The notes: generated from the sequence alone by a model not told the origin. A stretch of 64,000 nucleotides of DNA from Bythopirellula sp. (GCA_965216565.1 OZ244170.1:992001-1056000), one strand, 5' to 3'; shown: positions 53,183 through 63,516, numbered from the stretch's first letter. Numbers and translations are program-made.

Positions 53183-53614
53183 CTACTTTACCAGCAAGAT
53201 AGGGCATTGGCTCATGATAGAAACTTGGTAGCTAAGAGTGGCCCAGCCGTGAGGTTGTTCATCAAGATTTACCCTATGAGAGCTAAGCACGATAAGATCA
53301 AACTCTTTTTGCAATGCGTAACTAACGATAGCATGGGCCCGCTTGCCCATCACAATCTTCTCATCAACGCGAACACCCGCCTGTTCAAAACCTTCCGCCC
53401 GACTGGCCAGGTTGGTACGTGCTTGCTGTTTCAATTTGTCGTAGAAAAGCAGTATCTCCGTATCATCGTCAGCGTACTCAATGGCCTCAATCACATGCAA
53501 TAGTGTTACACAGGAATGATTCTGCTTAGCGACTTTCAGGGCACATCTCAAAGCAGCCTGATTCTTTGCAGTAAAATCAAGAGGCAATAGAATCTTTTGG
53601 AACATGAGATTCAT
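53183..53614 (-). CDS. Universal stress protein
   Basis: FQKILLPLDF, DLIVLSSH and CPILLVK motifs; start at 53605 or 53614. Confidence 0.9.
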   Translation of the reverse strand: MNLMFQKILLPLDFTAKNQAALRCALKVAKQNHSCVTLLHVIEAIEYADDDTEILLFYDKLKQQARTNLASRAEGFEQAGVRVDEKIVMGKRAHAIVSYALQKEFDLIVLSSHRVNLDEQPHGWATLSYQVSIMSQCPILLVK

Positions 53615-53664
53615 CCTCGCATGTTTCGCGGTTCTTTAATGTCAGCCACCTCAATCTTAAATGC

Positions 53665-53680
53665 GGCAAACAATGTGCCG
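53665..53680 (-). promoter_or_regulatory. Sigma54 -24/-12 promoter
   Basis: CGGCACATTGTTTGCC (GG-N10-GC). Confidence 0.7.
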
Positions 53681-53730
53681 ATTGTCTTGGCCTTCTGCAT
53701 TCGGCTCCCAGTCCTGGCTAGCTCTATGAG

Positions 53731-53746
53731 TGTGCGAGTTCGCTCA
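53731..53746. promoter_or_regulatory. Candidate enhancer (UAS) palindrome
   Basis: TGTGCGAGTTCGCTCA, followed by a TGTGCG half-site at 53750. Confidence 0.55.
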
Positions 53747-53840
53747 GTCTGTGCGGACAACGTGAAGGCTAGACAAACAATGTTGTGAATTCACGTAGCA
53801 AAGTGCGCGGAACAAATGCTGGTATTCTCTGCGAAGGCAT

Positions 53841-53856
53841 TGGCATGCATCTTGCA
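53841..53856 (+). promoter_or_regulatory. Sigma54 -24/-12 promoter
   Basis: TGGCATGCATCTTGCA. Confidence 0.8.
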
Positions 53857-53935
53857 AGAAGCTTCTGAAGTGGCGGGCGGAGCGTTGATCAGGGCAGCCA
53901 CCGTTTCTTTTCTATCTAAGTGAGGAGTGTACGAC

Positions 53936-54625
53936 ATGACAACTTACGCGAATTCTCGTGGCGCGGCACTAGAGCGTGCCTATCAACACTGGCGAGAACG
54001 AGGGGCCCTATTGAAGCTGCCAGTTCACAAGGACACTAGACCTCCGTTGACAATAGCCATCAGTAGAGAGCTAGGCGCTGGCGGCAGTGCGATAGCCCAT
54101 GCAATTGCTGAGAAAAAGGGTTGGCCTCTTTACGACCGTGAATTGGTAGAACAGATTTCAGAGGATACGGGCATTCGATCCCAGCTATTGGAAAAACTCG
54201 ATGAGAAGAGCCCTAGCTGGTTGGCGGAGTGTCTCGAAGGGTTCTCCGATGAACGAAATATTAGCGGTGCTGGATACGCAATCCGACTCCGTGATATTCT
54301 GCTAGCCCTATACTATCACGGCAACTGCGTAATTCTTGGTCGCGGCGCAGCTCAGCTGCTTCCGCCAGAGAAAACCCTTCGCATCCGTTTGGTAGCTCCA
54401 AAGAGCTTGAGAATCGAACGGATGTCCAAGATTCTTGGCTCCCAGGATGATGCAGTTCGAATCGTGACAGAATCGGACCGAGATCGCGAGTCGTTTGTAA
54501 GAAGATACTTTTTCAAGGATCCTGCATCTCTGGAGAGCTACGACTTGACGCTAGACACCTCGAGATTCTCACGAAATGGCTGCGTGAATACCTTATTGAG
54601 TGCTATTGAGGGGCACAAAGCCTGA
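53936..54625 (+). CDS. Cytidylate kinase-like family protein (Cytidylate_kin2 type)
   Basis: TIAISRELGAGG, YDREL, CVILGRGA, IRLVAP and YDLTLDTS motifs; GAGGAG RBS. Confidence 0.85.
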   Translation: MTTYANSRGAALERAYQHWRERGALLKLPVHKDTRPPLTIAISRELGAGGSAIAHAIAEKKGWPLYDRELVEQISEDTGIRSQLLEKLDEKSPSWLAECLEGFSDERNISGAGYAIRLRDILLALYYHGNCVILGRGAAQLLPPEKTLRIRLVAPKSLRIERMSKILGSQDDAVRIVTESDRDRESFVRRYFFKDPASLESYDLTLDTSRFSRNGCVNTLLSAIEGHKA

Positions 54626-54797
54626 TATGTGAAATAGTCGAACAAGAGAATTGTGATTCTTCCCTGCCTTGCATGAAGCGAATGTTCGTCCAAGAATGGA
54701 AGTTGCGTTGCAGCTGCTTTCTATGTAACGAATAGTTGCTGCTCGTAGAAATTCGGCATGCGATGGAAATTTAGTGCGCAAGCGCTCTGGAGGAATC

Positions 54798-56624
54798 ATG
54801 GAAAGCCCCAAGTGGGAACGTACTGAATCTCTGGAGCGAGAGTTTGGACGCATTCTTGAGGATTCGTTAAACGAGATCTTTATCTTCGATGCCGATTCGC
54901 TCAAGTTTATTCTTGTAAACCGAGGAGCCAGAGAGAATCTCGGCTTCACGATCGAGGAACTTCAGAACCTCACACCGGTTGACATCAAGCCGGAGTTCTC
55001 GCGAGTGGCATTCGAAGAGTTGATATCGCCGCTCCGCGAAGGTCGCGAAGAGTCAATATGTTTCAACACTGTGCACAGCCGTAAAAGTGGCTCTCAATAC
55101 AATGTAGAGGTGCATTTGCAGCTTGCCACATTTCACGACACCCCTGTATTCATAGCGATTATTCTCGATACGACAGATCGCTTGCGAGCTGAAGGTGAGC
55201 TACGAGTTCGCAATCGTGCCATCGAATCGGTTGGAGTGGGAATCGTTATTACCGATGCAACTCTGTCTGAGATGCCTATTGTCTATTGCAATTTGGCATT
55301 TGAGCAGATTACTGGTTATTCCAAACATGAGATCGTCGGACATAATTGCCGATTTCTACAGCAAGACGACCGTAACCAAGAGGCGCGTCATGCCATTCGA
55401 GAAGCTGTGATAGAAGGCCGCGGTTGCCAAACCTTGATTCGCAACTATCGTAAAAATGGCGAAATGTTTTGGAACAACCTCAGGATTTCACCTGTGAGAA
55501 ATCCTGATGGAGCCGTGACGCACTTCGTAGGTCTCACTGATGATGTAACGCATCGAATTCTGGCGGAAGATGATAAAAAGGATCGGGAAGCTCGACTTGC
55601 GGCGATACTAGACACGGCAGTCGAGGCGATCATCACTATTGACGATAAAGGCATTTGCGAGTCGATCAACACAGCTGGAGAACGGATGTTCGGCTACTCC
55701 GCGGCCGAGATTATTGGCAACAACGTGTCGATGCTTATGCCGTCGCCTTATCGTGAAGAGCATGGGCGATATCTTTCCGACTACTTAGAGACTGGTGAGA
55801 AGAAAATCATTGGCGTAGGTCGGGAAGTTGTCGGAAAGCGAAAAGATGGTAGTGAATTTCCAATTCACCTCTCGGTGAGTGAAGTTCATCTCAAGGAACG
55901 CAGGATCTTTACTGGTATTATTCAGGACATTAGCCAGCGCAAAGCGGCCCAGGTGCGATTGGTTCAGGCGGAAAGGCTTGCGGTGCTGGGCGAGGCGATG
56001 GCGCGTTTGGCGCATGAAGGTCGAAATTCATTACAACGAATCCAGATTGCCGTGGAAACGGCACGAATGTGTGAGCCCTCCTCGGAGATTTTAGCAGCTC
56101 AATTCGACTCGATTGAGAAAGCTAGTGATGGCTTAGATTCATTACTGGAGGAACTCCGCAATTATGCTGCGCCACTGACCCTTGAGAAAACAGAATGTCC
56201 GATCCCAAACGTGTGGCGTTCCGCCTGGCAATCTATCGACTCGCTGCGAGAGGGACGCGACGCTATGCTGGTTGAAGATATTCCAGACGAACAAATACTG
56301 CTTCCTGTCGATAAGTTTCGCTTAGGGCAATTGTTTCGAAACATCTTTGAGAACGCTCTGGCCGCATGCTCTGACCCAGTGGTAATCGTGATTTCAGCTT
56401 CTCATAGCCGCGATCAATGGATGATAAACATCAGAGACAATGGTCCAGGCCTGACAACTGAACAGAGCGAGCGCGTTTTTGAACCTTTTTTCACAACCAA
56501 AACCAAGGGAACTGGTCTCGGCATGGCCATAGCCCGCCGCATCGTGGAAGCCCATGGCGGCTCCATTGCCGTGGCGCGCTCTACGCAACAGGGTGCCGAA
56601 TTTGAAATCGCCCTGCCTCTCTAG
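54798..56624 (+). CDS. Cytoplasmic sensor histidine kinase: PAS, LOV, FixL-like PAS, HisKA, HATPase
   Basis: GHNCRFLQ LOV motif; MLMPSPYREEHGRYL...IIGVGREVVGKRKDG FixL-like PAS; LAHEGRN H-box; N, DNGPG, FEPFFTTK and GTGLG boxes. Confidence 0.92.
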   Translation: MESPKWERTESLEREFGRILEDSLNEIFIFDADSLKFILVNRGARENLGFTIEELQNLTPVDIKPEFSRVAFEELISPLREGREESICFNTVHSRKSGSQYNVEVHLQLATFHDTPVFIAIILDTTDRLRAEGELRVRNRAIESVGVGIVITDATLSEMPIVYCNLAFEQITGYSKHEIVGHNCRFLQQDDRNQEARHAIREAVIEGRGCQTLIRNYRKNGEMFWNNLRISPVRNPDGAVTHFVGLTDDVTHRILAEDDKKDREARLAAILDTAVEAIITIDDKGICESINTAGERMFGYSAAEIIGNNVSMLMPSPYREEHGRYLSDYLETGEKKIIGVGREVVGKRKDGSEFPIHLSVSEVHLKERRIFTGIIQDISQRKAAQVRLVQAERLAVLGEAMARLAHEGRNSLQRIQIAVETARMCEPSSEILAAQFDSIEKASDGLDSLLEELRNYAAPLTLEKTECPIPNVWRSAWQSIDSLREGRDAMLVEDIPDEQILLPVDKFRLGQLFRNIFENALAACSDPVVIVISASHSRDQWMINIRDNGPGLTTEQSERVFEPFFTTKTKGTGLGMAIARRIVEAHGGSIAVARSTQQGAEFEIALPL

Positions 56625-56811
56625 CGTAGATTTAACACACTTCCTGTAAGTGCATCACCAGCTGACAAGTGTGCTGATACGCGCGCTCTATTAGTCATGG
56701 CTGCACACAAGCCGAGGGCAGTCTAGCTGCTTTAGCTACGTTGCGGTCTATCTATTTAATAAAAACCCTCGATTGAATCGCATTGCACTGTGGCCCCATC
56801 GTTCCTGGAAC

Positions 56812-56827
56812 TGGCATGAGTATTGCA
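56812..56827 (+). promoter_or_regulatory. Sigma54 -24/-12 promoter
   Basis: TGGCATGAGTATTGCA. Confidence 0.8.
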
Positions 56828-56911
56828 GTTCAGAAGTTGCAGAGGAAAAGTGCGCTTCAATAGTCTGCGTACTCTGTCCGATCGTTTAGTCCAGATATAC
56901 GAGTCGAGTAG

Positions 56912-57184
56912 ATGGCTATTCAACCAATCAATCAACGTGCTGCAAGAACAAGAGAACCAGGCAAAAAATACGTTATACAGAATGATATAGACTGCCCCGT
57001 TGCCGATGCCCTTCGCAGGAATGCCCGTGGCGGAATGTGGTGTGTGCAGTGCGAGTTTAGGGAGGGGCTGGCAATACTATACGGCAAGGTTGCCAGCTAC
57101 TACCTGAAGCAAATCGCGCAGGAGACGGCAAAAAGCGTTGAAGGCGTCGAACTGGTTATCAATAGGGTAAACGTGTCGGTGTGA
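56912..57184 (+). CDS. BON domain protein
   Basis: LYGKVASYYLKQIAQETAKSVEGVELVINRVNV motif. Confidence 0.8.
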   Translation: MAIQPINQRAARTREPGKKYVIQNDIDCPVADALRRNARGGMWCVQCEFREGLAILYGKVASYYLKQIAQETAKSVEGVELVINRVNVSV

Positions 57185-57297
57185 CGATGTACGTAGGCCC
57201 TGTCGCCAATCTATGCAATATTCGAGCCAGTATGTTTCCAAGGAAGGATTGGTCAATGAGTTAATGAATTGGAAACTACATTGTCAGGGGGAAATAG

Positions 57298-57750
57298 ATG
57301 CCAAAGCACCTCTCAATTCTTATTGTTGAATACGATAACAGAGCAAGAGATGGACTGACGAAAAAGTTCTTGTCTCTGGGAAACCTAGTAGTGGCAGTTT
57401 GCCATCCAAGACTAGCCCTGGAGGCCGCGACGATACACGACTTCGACGCGGCCGTCATTGATCAGTCCCTTCCAGAAATGCAGGGGATAGCGCTGATACC
57501 AAGGCTAAGAGGTTTGGTCGGAGACTTAAAAGTCGTGCTCCTCTCGGGGGATCCCGATGACTTGACCTCCGAAGAAGCTGTCGTGCAAGGAGCCGATGCG
57601 TTTCTGCACAAACCTTGTTTTGTAGATGATGTCGAATCGAGCGTGAGAAAAGTACTGGCAAAGAGGAATCCAGTGGATAGACCACGCTTGCCACAGTTCA
57701 ACGTCCGATTGCTTGCACCGAATGGTCTCACTGATGTAAGAGCAAACTAG
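57298..57750 (+). CDS. Single-domain response regulator (receiver)
   Basis: ILIVE, VIDQSLPEMQG, VLLSG and FLHKP motifs. Confidence 0.85.
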   Translation: MPKHLSILIVEYDNRARDGLTKKFLSLGNLVVAVCHPRLALEAATIHDFDAAVIDQSLPEMQGIALIPRLRGLVGDLKVVLLSGDPDDLTSEEAVVQGADAFLHKPCFVDDVESSVRKVLAKRNPVDRPRLPQFNVRLLAPNGLTDVRAN

Positions 57751-57794
57751 AAAAGACAATTGTTTTCCCGATTCCAAAGACCAATTTCGGCCGT

Positions 57795-57810
57795 TGGTAC
57801 ATGAGTTGCT
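57795..57810 (+). promoter_or_regulatory. Sigma54 -24/-12 promoter
   Basis: TGGTACATGAGTTGCT upstream of hsp20. Confidence 0.7.
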
Positions 57811-57922
57811 ATTCTAGGAATAGAGGGAAGTGACAAATACTCGTGAACTTGCAAGGCCCTGAATCATTGCAGATGCGAATCGCAATGATGAAGTAGCTTA
57901 TGATTTTCGAAAGGAGGATAAG

Positions 57923-58384
57923 ATGTCTGGGACATTAACCACTCACAGTAGGACACCGCACTCTATAAGGAACGAGCCACGGAATAACTTCTTGGACGAA
58001 ATGGAGAATATGGTCGCAAGACTATGGCACAATGGCGAAGATGGCTGGTTTGGTTCGCATAGCATGCCTTTGGTCGATATTGCCGAATCCGATTCTGCTC
58101 TAGAAATGAAGCTCGACTTACCGGGGGTCGCTCCCAAGGAGATTGACATTCAACTCAACGGCAGCGTGTTAACCATCAGTGGTGAGAGAAAAGAAGAAAA
58201 GGAAGGCAAAAGCAAGGCTTACCACCGAATGGAACGGCGAATTGGAAGTTTTTCTCGTACGTTTACACTCCCATGCCCCGTTGAGGAAGACGAAGTGGTA
58301 GCTGCCTATAAGAGTGGTGTTTTAACAATTACGCTGCCCAAGACCGAGGAGGCGAAGACGCGTAAGATTACAATCAAGTCGTAA
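57923..58384 (+). CDS. Hsp20/alpha-crystallin small heat shock protein
   Basis: DLPGV, LTISGER, ERRIGSFSRTFTLP and AAYKSGVLTITLPK motifs; AAGGAGG RBS. Confidence 0.94.
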   Translation: MSGTLTTHSRTPHSIRNEPRNNFLDEMENMVARLWHNGEDGWFGSHSMPLVDIAESDSALEMKLDLPGVAPKEIDIQLNGSVLTISGERKEEKEGKSKAYHRMERRIGSFSRTFTLPCPVEEDEVVAAYKSGVLTITLPKTEEAKTRKITIKS

Positions 58385-58435
58385 CAATGCCTATCGAAAA
58401 CTCAGATTTACCGCACAGGGTGACAACGGAATGTT

Positions 58436-58470
58436 AGTCCCGGAGGGGTTTACCCTCCGGGACTTTTCTT
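58436..58470 (+). terminator. Rho-independent terminator
   Basis: AGTCCCGGAGGG-loop-CCCTCCGGGACT followed by a T-rich tail. Confidence 0.85.
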
Positions 58471-58700
58471 TGTAGTGGAATTTGTGTTACTCCCACGCAG
58501 AATGCCATCTTCTTTCTTTTCAGCTTTGTTCTCGTGGCAGAGGGAGCGGCGTAGCCCAGTGATTCTTGGTTCGAGTATAAGCACACCAGGTATTCACGAT
58601 CTTGAACTGAGCTGCTTTTAACTTAAAGTAGTCTGTAAATCCGAATCGACACCGCCGACGAGCAAGACGGCCAGCGTTCCTGAATCACACGTCGTTACCT

Positions 58701-60134
58701 ATGTCTGAAATTGCAACTCGTACCACTGCTCGTCGGCTGTTGGGAACGCTAACCCCCTCTGGCAGGCGGTCGCTCATTCTGGTTTTGGCATGCCTGTTGC
58801 TGGCATTTGCGGTTGCCTACGTACCCGAATATGAAGGTCTCTCCAAACAGGGAATCACTGCGTTATTCATACTCGTGCTATGCGCGGGACTCTGGATGAC
58901 CGAGGCCATGCCTGCCTTTGCAGTTAGCCTATTGGCGATTGGCTTGGGAATCGCGCTATTGGGCAACGCCAACGGCACAGAACCAGATTGGGAAAAGTAC
59001 GTAGCCACCTGGGGTAGTCCACTCATTTGGTTGTTCTTCGGCGGGTTCATTTTAGCCGCAGCAGCCCAAAAGACAGGCCTGGACCATTGGATGGCCTCCC
59101 AAGTTCTCCAACGGCTTGGTACCCGGCCTGCGGTTGTCCTGCTCGGCATTATGGCAGCAACTGCTGTGCTCTCTATGTTTCTTTCCAATACGGCTACTGC
59201 CGCTTTGATGGTTGCGGTCCTTGGTCCGATTCTTGCTTCTAAACGTGATGACGAATGGACGGCCCGAGGCATGTTGTTAGGGGTCGCAGTCGCGGCCAAC
59301 CTCGGAGGCATGGGCACAATCATCGGAACGCCTCCCAATGCGATTGCAGTGGGGACCCTGTCCGGCGTTGCAGAAATCAATTTCATCCGATGGATGATCT
59401 ATGGGGTTCCCCCAGCCATTCTGCTTCTAGCCATTCTTTGGTGCGTTTTGGTCGCACGCTACCTGGGCCGAGAGGCATTTAAGTCATCAGATCGAATTGA
59501 AATCACGATCACAAAAGAAGAGCATTCATCGAGAATTCAGTTGGGCCTAGTTGTTGTTACCTTCTTTGGTACTGTGATCATGTGGATGGCCAGCCCACTG
59601 CATGGCATCCCAACCCCGGTTGTATCATTCATCCCGATTTGTATTTTAACTGCAACCGGCGTCCTAGATGCACATGATGTGCGTGGAATCTCGTGGGATG
59701 TATTACTGCTAATTGCCGGGGGTTTGTCTCTGGGGATCGCAATCGCTGATAGTGGATTGGCAGAGTGGTTCGTTTCTCAGTTCCCATTCGATAGCTTCGG
59801 CCCAGAGATGATTGCATTGGTTGTTGGCTATGTGGCAATCCTTCTTTCGAACCTAATGAGCAATACGGCCGCGGCAAACATTATCTTGCCAATCATGGTG
59901 GCACTTTTGAGTCGTGAGAACGCCCATCTAGTTATACCAATCGCGCTCTCGGCATCGGCAGCAATGTGTCTGCCAATTTCTACTCCACCCAATGCGATAG
60001 TTTATGGAACGGAGAAGATCCGCTCTTCCGATTTGCTTGTCACAGGCCTATTTACTGGCGTGCTTACACCCCCTGTGGTAGTCGGGTGGACGATGATTGT
60101 CGAAGCTACTGGCCTATTCGCTACAAGTAGCTAA
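58701..60134 (+). CDS. DASS/SLC13 family anion transporter
   Basis: SMFLSNTAT, GTIIGTPPN, SNLMSNTAA and LPISTPPNAI motifs; many TM helices. Confidence 0.92.
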   Translation: MSEIATRTTARRLLGTLTPSGRRSLILVLACLLLAFAVAYVPEYEGLSKQGITALFILVLCAGLWMTEAMPAFAVSLLAIGLGIALLGNANGTEPDWEKYVATWGSPLIWLFFGGFILAAAAQKTGLDHWMASQVLQRLGTRPAVVLLGIMAATAVLSMFLSNTATAALMVAVLGPILASKRDDEWTARGMLLGVAVAANLGGMGTIIGTPPNAIAVGTLSGVAEINFIRWMIYGVPPAILLLAILWCVLVARYLGREAFKSSDRIEITITKEEHSSRIQLGLVVVTFFGTVIMWMASPLHGIPTPVVSFIPICILTATGVLDAHDVRGISWDVLLLIAGGLSLGIAIADSGLAEWFVSQFPFDSFGPEMIALVVGYVAILLSNLMSNTAAANIILPIMVALLSRENAHLVIPIALSASAAMCLPISTPPNAIVYGTEKIRSSDLLVTGLFTGVLTPPVVVGWTMIVEATGLFATSS

Positions 60135-60898
60135 TGCACGATTCCCGCCAGCGCCAATCCAGCAGCATAGGCAAGTGCTGCGGCACCACCACCGACTAGT
60201 AGTGTTTCGGTGCCGGCCCGATACCAAGACTCGTCCACAAACCAAGACTTTCCTGCTCCGACTAAGAAGAAAGCCGCAGCAGTCAGAAATGTACTCACCA
60301 CATACGGGCTAGCTATGGAGACTGGCGAGACCATATCGAGGATGAAAGCCAGTAGTGGAATGAGGCCCACAAGTACGAAAGCGACAAGAGTAGTAAGAGC
60401 AGCGCGAATAGCGGAAGGCCCCCGCAACGATAGGCCAAGTTCCTCAACCAACATCGTGTCGACCCAGCGTTTACGGTCCGAAGTAATAACGTCTACTACG
60501 TGTTCTAAAGGTTCGCCATCGAAACCTTTTTGGGCAAAGATTTGGCGAATCTCTTCTCTCTCGCCTTCCGGGAATTCGGCAATGTGCAGTTCCTCGGTTC
60601 TGCGGGCCCGTTCTCGCAACTCTTCCTCGGTCTTTGTTCCGAGGTAGTTACTTGCGGCCATGCTAAAACCATCTCCCAAGAGATTTGCCACGCCGAGGAT
60701 GATAATCACACCTGTGGACAAACCTGCTCCTGCAACTCCAGACACAACCGCAAAGGTGGTGACGGTTCCGTCGATGGCGCCATACACAAAGTCTCGCAAG
60801 TAACTGTGCTTTGTCGGAGCTTCGAGTCGACTACGGATCTGCTCGGGGGTGTGTGATTCTAGAAATTGCCTGCGCTGCGGAGTCGTCGTCGTTTCCAT
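60131..60898 (-). CDS. VIT1/CCC1 family Fe/Mn transporter
   Basis: DFVYGAIDG, GDGFSMAASNYLG, EREEIRQIF and EELG motifs. Confidence 0.92.
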   Translation of the reverse strand: METTTTPQRRQFLESHTPEQIRSRLEAPTKHSYLRDFVYGAIDGTVTTFAVVSGVAGAGLSTGVIIILGVANLLGDGFSMAASNYLGTKTEEELRERARRTEELHIAEFPEGEREEIRQIFAQKGFDGEPLEHVVDVITSDRKRWVDTMLVEELGLSLRGPSAIRAALTTLVAFVLVGLIPLLAFILDMVSPVSIASPYVVSTFLTAAAFFLVGAGKSWFVDESWYRAGTETLLVGGGAAALAYAAGLALAGIVH

Positions 60899-62256
60899 TA
60901 TTGCAATCCGTTGATCTCGCTCTTTGAAATACTGTACTTTTCTAGCAAACGGTATAGACTTCTTCTACTCACTCCCAGCGCCTTGGCTGAGCGCATCTTG
61001 TTACCGTTTTCTTGCTGCATTGCCTGAACTACTCTGGCACGTGTTAATGTTGCTAAGTCAACTTCGGAATCGAGCACCGCATGATTGGGCGATGTGGTAG
61101 AGCCAAGCACTTCAGGTGGCAGATTCTCTTTTCTTAGCACTTCGTCCTCGGCTAACATCTTGGCCCGTTCGATAGCGTTAATGAGCTGCCTCACGTTTCC
61201 AGGCCACGCATACTGGGCAATAGTTTCCCGACAATCGGGTTCATATTCCCAGCCTGCCCCGGCAAAGTGGTCCGCCAACAGAAGGCGATCGTCGCCTCGC
61301 TCTCGCAAGGGAGGTAGCACGATCGTCATAATATTGATTCTGTAGAACAGATCTTCACGGAATCGCTTGGCTTCGACTTCTCTTGCTAGATCGCGATTGC
61401 TCGCAGCAATGATACGCACGTCGACGCGACGTTCCTTGAGAGAGCCAACACGCCGCAGTGAACCATCTTCGAGGACTCTTAGCAGTTTCGGCTGAAGCGT
61501 CGGTGACAGCTCTCCGATTTCGTCAACAAAGAGAGTGCCTCCGTCGGCCACTTCAAAGAGACCAGGCTTGGCAGTAGTGGCTCCGGTGAATGCGCCTTTC
61601 TCGTGCCCAAACAATTCACTTTCTAGTAGCTGTTCTGGCAATGCCGCACAGTTAACAACAACGAGCGGTTTGTCTGCTCGTGTGCTGGACTCATGAATCG
61701 CACGGGCCACCAGCTCTTTACCGGTCCCACTTTCACCCTGAATCAGAATTGGCTTGTTGCTAGGTGCGGAGCGATCGATGAGCCTAAACACTTCTTGCAT
61801 CGCACGTGAATCACCAACCATGTGGTGAGTGGGGGACGTGTGTTTTACGAGTGCCCGCAACTGGCGGTTTTCCTTACGGATTTTTCCCGATTCAGCCGCC
61901 CTCTGCACGACCGCGTCTAGTTGCTTCATGCGAACAGGCTTTGCTAGGAAATCAAACGCCCCAAGTTTCATAGCTTCGACAGCCTTCTCGATCGTGCCCT
62001 CCCCAGTCAGCAAGACAACTTCCATCTCAGGACTAGCGCTTTTGATTTGCTCCAGAAGTTCAATTCCAGACATGCCGGGCATCACCATATCGAGAATCGC
62101 AACCGTAAACTCACGGCTTTGCATTTGTTCAATTGCGGACTCTGCAGAATCTGCATTGTAGACAGAATGCCCAAGCTGCTTGAAGTAATTGACTAGTCCA
62201 TCGCGAAGTTCATCGTCGTCATCGACGATCAATAATTCCAATTGTGAGTCTGGCAT
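60898..62256 (-). CDS. Sigma54-dependent response regulator (NtrC/ZraR type, REC-AAA+-Fis HTH)
   Basis: VDDD/LDMVMPG receiver, GESGTGKE, ESELFGHEKGAFTGA, FREDLFYR, WPGNVRQL and LGVSRRSLYR motifs. Confidence 0.96.
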   Translation of the reverse strand: MPDSQLELLIVDDDDELRDGLVNYFKQLGHSVYNADSAESAIEQMQSREFTVAILDMVMPGMSGIELLEQIKSASPEMEVVLLTGEGTIEKAVEAMKLGAFDFLAKPVRMKQLDAVVQRAAESGKIRKENRQLRALVKHTSPTHHMVGDSRAMQEVFRLIDRSAPSNKPILIQGESGTGKELVARAIHESSTRADKPLVVVNCAALPEQLLESELFGHEKGAFTGATTAKPGLFEVADGGTLFVDEIGELSPTLQPKLLRVLEDGSLRRVGSLKERRVDVRIIAASNRDLAREVEAKRFREDLFYRINIMTIVLPPLRERGDDRLLLADHFAGAGWEYEPDCRETIAQYAWPGNVRQLINAIERAKMLAEDEVLRKENLPPEVLGSTTSPNHAVLDSEVDLATLTRARVVQAMQQENGNKMRSAKALGVSRRSLYRLLEKYSISKSEINGLQ

Positions 62257-62290
62257 GACGTTACCTAGAAAGTATCAGTCTTTGAATAGT

Positions 62291-63286
62291 TCAGCTTTGC
62301 ACAGGTCCGAAGTCTATGTAGGAAGCGATTGTCGATGCATAGTTGGCTCGCTCAAAACTCTTTGGTGAGCCGCATGAATTCCGGCTTAGTTGCCCTCGCA
62401 GCTGAGTTAGGGAGCAGTATTCATTGTAGCTCATCCATTCCAGTAGTTCCGCCCTCACAGTTTCCAAGTATTCCGCGCCATGCTTTAAGAGGGCGGAGGT
62501 CAGCATGACCACATCTGCTCCTACCGAGACGGCTTTAATCGCATCGATTCCGCTATGGATTCCAGACGAAGCGGCAAGCGAGCAGTGAGGAAGCTGGTCT
62601 CGCAAGATACCAATCCAGCGCAGCGGCAAACGATTGTCGCCAGGGCGACTCAATTCGAGATGAGAGTCGATGCTATGCTCTTTCAGGTTTACTTCAGGCT
62701 CAAGAAATCGATTGAACAGGACCAAGCCGTCCGCCCCCGCCTCAACGACTTGCCGTGCAAAGTAGGGCAAAGAAGAAAAATGGGGACCGATTTTCACCGA
62801 AATGGGGATCTGCAGTCGCTTTCGGACAGCCGCAATCACATCAAGATACTGGGCTTCAACTTGTTGTCCTGAGGTCCCAGGATCAATCGGCACGAAGTGA
62901 ATATTAAGTTCCAATGCAGAAGCCCCGGCGTCGGCGATTTGTTGGGCATACTCAGTCCATCCATCAGAGTTCTTTCCATTGATGCTCGCAATGATGGGCA
63001 TGGAGACGGCCTGACGAGCATGTTCAATGAGCTTGGGATAACAGTCGGCACCCCTATTGTAGGGCCTTAGATACGGAAAGCCTGCCAAGTCTTTGGGCGT
63101 AGGCGTCTCAGTACTTTCCCGTAAGATCTGCTCCTCGAAAAGGGAAGGTAAGACGGCCGCCCCTGCTCCCGAAGCTTCCAATCGCCGAAGCACATCCGGT
63201 TGTCCGGTGCAAGGAGATGCAGATGCAATAAGTGGACTCGTGAGGCGTAGACCCAGGTAATCCGCACTTAGATTGACTTTCTTCAT
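62291..63286 (-). CDS. Dihydroorotate dehydrogenase-like flavoprotein
   Basis: YLGLRLTSPLIASASP, VLPSLFEEQI, ALELN, GLVLFNRF and LRWIGIL motifs. Confidence 0.85.
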   Translation of the reverse strand: MKKVNLSADYLGLRLTSPLIASASPCTGQPDVLRRLEASGAGAAVLPSLFEEQILRESTETPTPKDLAGFPYLRPYNRGADCYPKLIEHARQAVSMPIIASINGKNSDGWTEYAQQIADAGASALELNIHFVPIDPGTSGQQVEAQYLDVIAAVRKRLQIPISVKIGPHFSSLPYFARQVVEAGADGLVLFNRFLEPEVNLKEHSIDSHLELSRPGDNRLPLRWIGILRDQLPHCSLAASSGIHSGIDAIKAVSVGADVVMLTSALLKHGAEYLETVRAELLEWMSYNEYCSLTQLRGQLSRNSCGSPKSFERANYASTIASYIDFGPVQS

Positions 63287-63327
63287 CGTGATCTCACGGA
63301 GATTCAGTTTCCACGCCCTTGGTCAAC

Positions 63328-63343
63328 TGCAATTCGAATGCCA
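63328..63343 (-). promoter_or_regulatory. Sigma54 -24/-12 promoter for the DHODH-like / activator / VIT1 operon
   Basis: TGGCATTCGAATTGCA. Confidence 0.8.
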
Positions 63344-63437
63344 AGCACATCAGGCAACGCACTTGACTGTTTTGGTACTGCACGTCCCACAACAACGAGT
63401 CCGGTAAAAATGGTCGCTGTCACGTGCAGACTCACGA

Positions 63438-63453
63438 AGTGCGTTTTCGCACA
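63438..63453. promoter_or_regulatory. Candidate enhancer (UAS) palindrome
   Basis: AGTGCGTTTTCGCACA. Confidence 0.55.
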
Positions 63454-63516
63454 CCCGCACACATCCAGGGAATCTCGACGCCGGGCAGAATCTGTTTCAT
63501 CCGTAGGGTAGGACTT

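Noticed and set aside
53936..54625. Calling this gene cmk, and 62291-63286 pyrD
   Set aside because: Both match the -like subfamilies; canonical Cmk and PyrD motifs and gene context are missing.
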